Positions 61,309 to 64,000 of a stretch of DNA of 64,000 nucleotides are shown here, piece after piece. The stretch is from assembly GCF_009914755.1 (NCBI RefSeq), contig NC_060931.1; one strand, written 5' to 3'. The number at the start of each line of letters is the position of its first letter. Within the stretch, counting starts at the first letter, position 1. The translations under genes were made by a program, and so were the position numbers. Origin of the DNA: the human T2T-CHM13v2.0 reference genome, Homo sapiens. Below the pieces are notes generated by a model, which worked only from the letters and a program-made list of their open reading frames with translations, did no database searches and was not told the DNA's origin.

Positions 61309-62140
61309 GATGTAAGTATTGGAATGTATGTCCTCCTTGGTGGCTGGGAAGCTTTCAAGACCAGATTCATATTCATGAAGGTTTTCTCTTAAGTCAGCTG
61401 AGTATTTCTTTGGCAATACGATTCCTCAAACATTTAACAGATTTCTGATTTATTTGTTTTCCCTGAATTCTAAGGACTAGTATCTACACCCAAAGTTTGG
61501 CTTCACCTTCTCCAGTGTGCCTGAGTTCATCACCCCTTTGCCTTCTCTCAGTCCACAGCAACCGGCCCGAGACAACTTAGAACAGTAAGAGGGGAGGCAG
61601 CACTCTCATCAGAGCTGTGGCCTCAGTCACGCTACTCAGCTGAGTAGCTTCGTTAGGCTTTGCTGTGGGAAGCGTTGTGACACCCCGTCTGTTTCTGTTT
61701 GGGTTCAAGAAGCTGACAGGTTTTCTAAACCTCAAGGTCCTAAATTTCTTGATACTCCTATCTTCCTTTCATTTTCTTTGCATATATCTCTTTCCTGTGC
61801 TCGTCTGTGTCTTCTATTAATTTACACTGTTTTGTAATGAAAAATGGTCCTGCTCTCTCATCTTGGAGAGACCCCCTTTGAGGAGGACCACTTATGAATC
61901 ACCTCCAAAGGCTCTACCGTAGATAGACGTACTGCTTGCTCCTTGCATTCCTATTCCCAATCCCCTTTGAAGTCTCCTCTGACTTCCCCAGAGATTCTCA
62001 GGCTGCTATGGAGGCACAGCTGATGAAATTATTCATATAGAATTGGTACACAGACATATTATATTTGATGACAGTCGGTTATCTTCCCTCCATTGTACCA
62101 GACAGTGCCCCTTAGGGACATGCACATGGCATCTTGCCCA

Positions 62141-62462
62141 TTTTTTTCTTTTGTTTTGTTTTGTTTTCTTTTCTTTATTTTTGAGACATCTCACTCTGTT
62201 GCTCAAGCTGAAGTGCAGAGGCATGATTTCAGCTCACTGCAACCTCTGCCTCCTGGGTTCAAGTGATTCTTCGGCCTCAGCCTCCTGAGTAGCAGGGATT
62301 ACAAGTGCACACCACAACGCCCGGCAAATTTTTTGTATTTTTAGTAGAAACGAGGTTTTGCCATGTTGTCCAGGCTGGTCTTAAACTCCTGAGCTCAGGC
62401 AGTCTGCCCGCCTCAACCTCCCAAAGTGCTGGGATTACAGGCAGGAGCCACCACTCCTGGCC
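62141..62462 (-). mobile_element. Alu (AluJ/S-like)
   Basis: Reverse Alu; TSD ttgcccattttt / ttgctcattttt. Confidence 0.93.
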
Positions 62463-64000
62463 TTTTGCTCATTTTTCTACCTTCTGTGTCTAACTTACTG
62501 TCAAGTTCATAGGAGGCACCCAGTAAATATTGGCCAAATAAAATTGTCTTCATTTACAAAAGAAAAATAAACCTTGATAATATGTGTAAATTGTTAAGCA
62601 TGCTTGCCTGGTACCATAAAATAATACAAAATAGCCCTGCACAGTCTTTTATGGAGATGTCTTCATATAAAGGCAGCATAGAGAAGACAGCACATTGACT
62701 GCATGGTGACCCATCGGAAAGTGCTTTTAATACCACTGGGAAACTGAACTGCCAGGGCCATCTCCAAGGAAGAACAAAGCTTCAGAGAGTGTGTGGGATT
62801 GGAGTAGATGGGGAAATGGATGTAGGGTATTTCAAGCTAAAGGAAAAACAGATAAAAGTCAGCTTTGGGAATGGGCCTCATAGGTTGGGGAATAACAAGA
62901 CAACCTGCCCAACCAAAGTGAACACACATTTGGGATAGAATTTAGGTTGCCTGAACTGCTTTGGATTTTTCTAGATATAGAAAACTAGGCTATCTTTTTT
63001 GTCCTTCTGTGTAATCTCCCAACCCTAGTTGTCATTGTATCCATTGAAGAATGGTCTCTCTGTGTCCTTGGGATGCTTATATTTGCTCCTTTTGGTCTGC
63101 GACATTTTTAAAGAGTTGCAATTTCCTGTTGTTTGCATACATATTCTGAAAAACTGTATTTATGTTAATGATTAGATACAAAAGGTTTCTGCTAATATCC
63201 CCCACCTGCTAGGAAATTAATTTGGGTTCTACATTTGTCTAGAAAGGGTCTAAGTATTATCACCCTGATTAAAAATTCACCTAAAAACTTCTGTGTCTCT
63301 GTGTTGCATATAGAAACATCAATATGGCTTCCATATGCACTTGTTATTGGAGGAAAAAATAGATTAAGAATCCCAATACATTAATGATAGCCATGAAATT
63401 TAGCTCTCTGCTGATCTTTGCTTAAAAATTATATTCAGCAAAAATATATATATATGCACACACACATATATATGCATACATATACTAACACAAAAATAAT
63501 TTTGGCATATAGATGGGTGTAAAAGTGAAAATGTAACTCATTTATTCAAATGTGTAAGCTAAACGTATTTGGAAAAATAAATAGAACAGTGAAAATCATT
63601 AAAATTAACAACCTTTATGACATTTTCTGGGAAATTTATGACTACCAAGTGTTGAAGACCATGTTTGAAAAGAAAAAAAAATTAGAAGGCATAAATAAAA
63701 AAGTTAAGTCATTAAATGATAAAATATTCTAAAGAAATTTAAGATAAGGTGACAGAATACAAGCATGGTAACTTTCTTAACTTTTAGAAGAAAATGTAAC
63801 ACTGAAGTTTAAGTTATGCCAAGCTATAATTTTAACAATTTTCAGAAGAATATATAACAGTGTATAAAAATATCCACGTAGCAGAAAGAAACACAGACAA
63901 CAAAATGAATTTAAAGTTTATGTCATATGTTGTACTTGTGCTTCTGGGTAGACGGAGTAGACATCCTTTTCTCCATTCCTCCCACTAAGTGCAGCTAAAG

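Overview
Primate (most likely human or great-ape) non-coding genomic DNA, either intronic or intergenic. I cannot support any host protein-coding exon, tRNA/rRNA gene, CpG island or CRISPR array, and I cannot name the locus. The window is dominated by interspersed repeats: about 22 Alus, LINE-1 of several ages (including a ~10.4 kb near-full-length ancient L1MC/MD-type element with nested insertions), a complete THE1 MaLR provirus, several solo LTRs, MIR/L2 fossils and DNA transposons (MER5, MER1, MADE1, Tigger-like). Nearly all ORFs in the track are repeat-derived. I found no new multi-gene system. The most unusual structures are: (1) a young L1PA complex at 49584-52190 with a 5' inversion/deletion, a 42-43 bp duplicated flank and a second copy of the L1 3' end; (2) a ~270 bp palindromic AT-rich repeat (PATRR-like) at 9399-9670; (3) a polyadenylated, TSD-flanked retrocopy of an ERV LTR R-region, later split by the THE1 provirus; (4) three twin-primed (5'-inverted) L1s of different ages; (5) an old tandem duplication with a hairpin and nested micro-duplications; (6) a closely spaced inverted AluY pair and some strong bZIP (ARE/AP-1) motifs. 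Repeat family names come from recalled consensus sequences, not a database search. Boundaries without a stated TSD are approximate.
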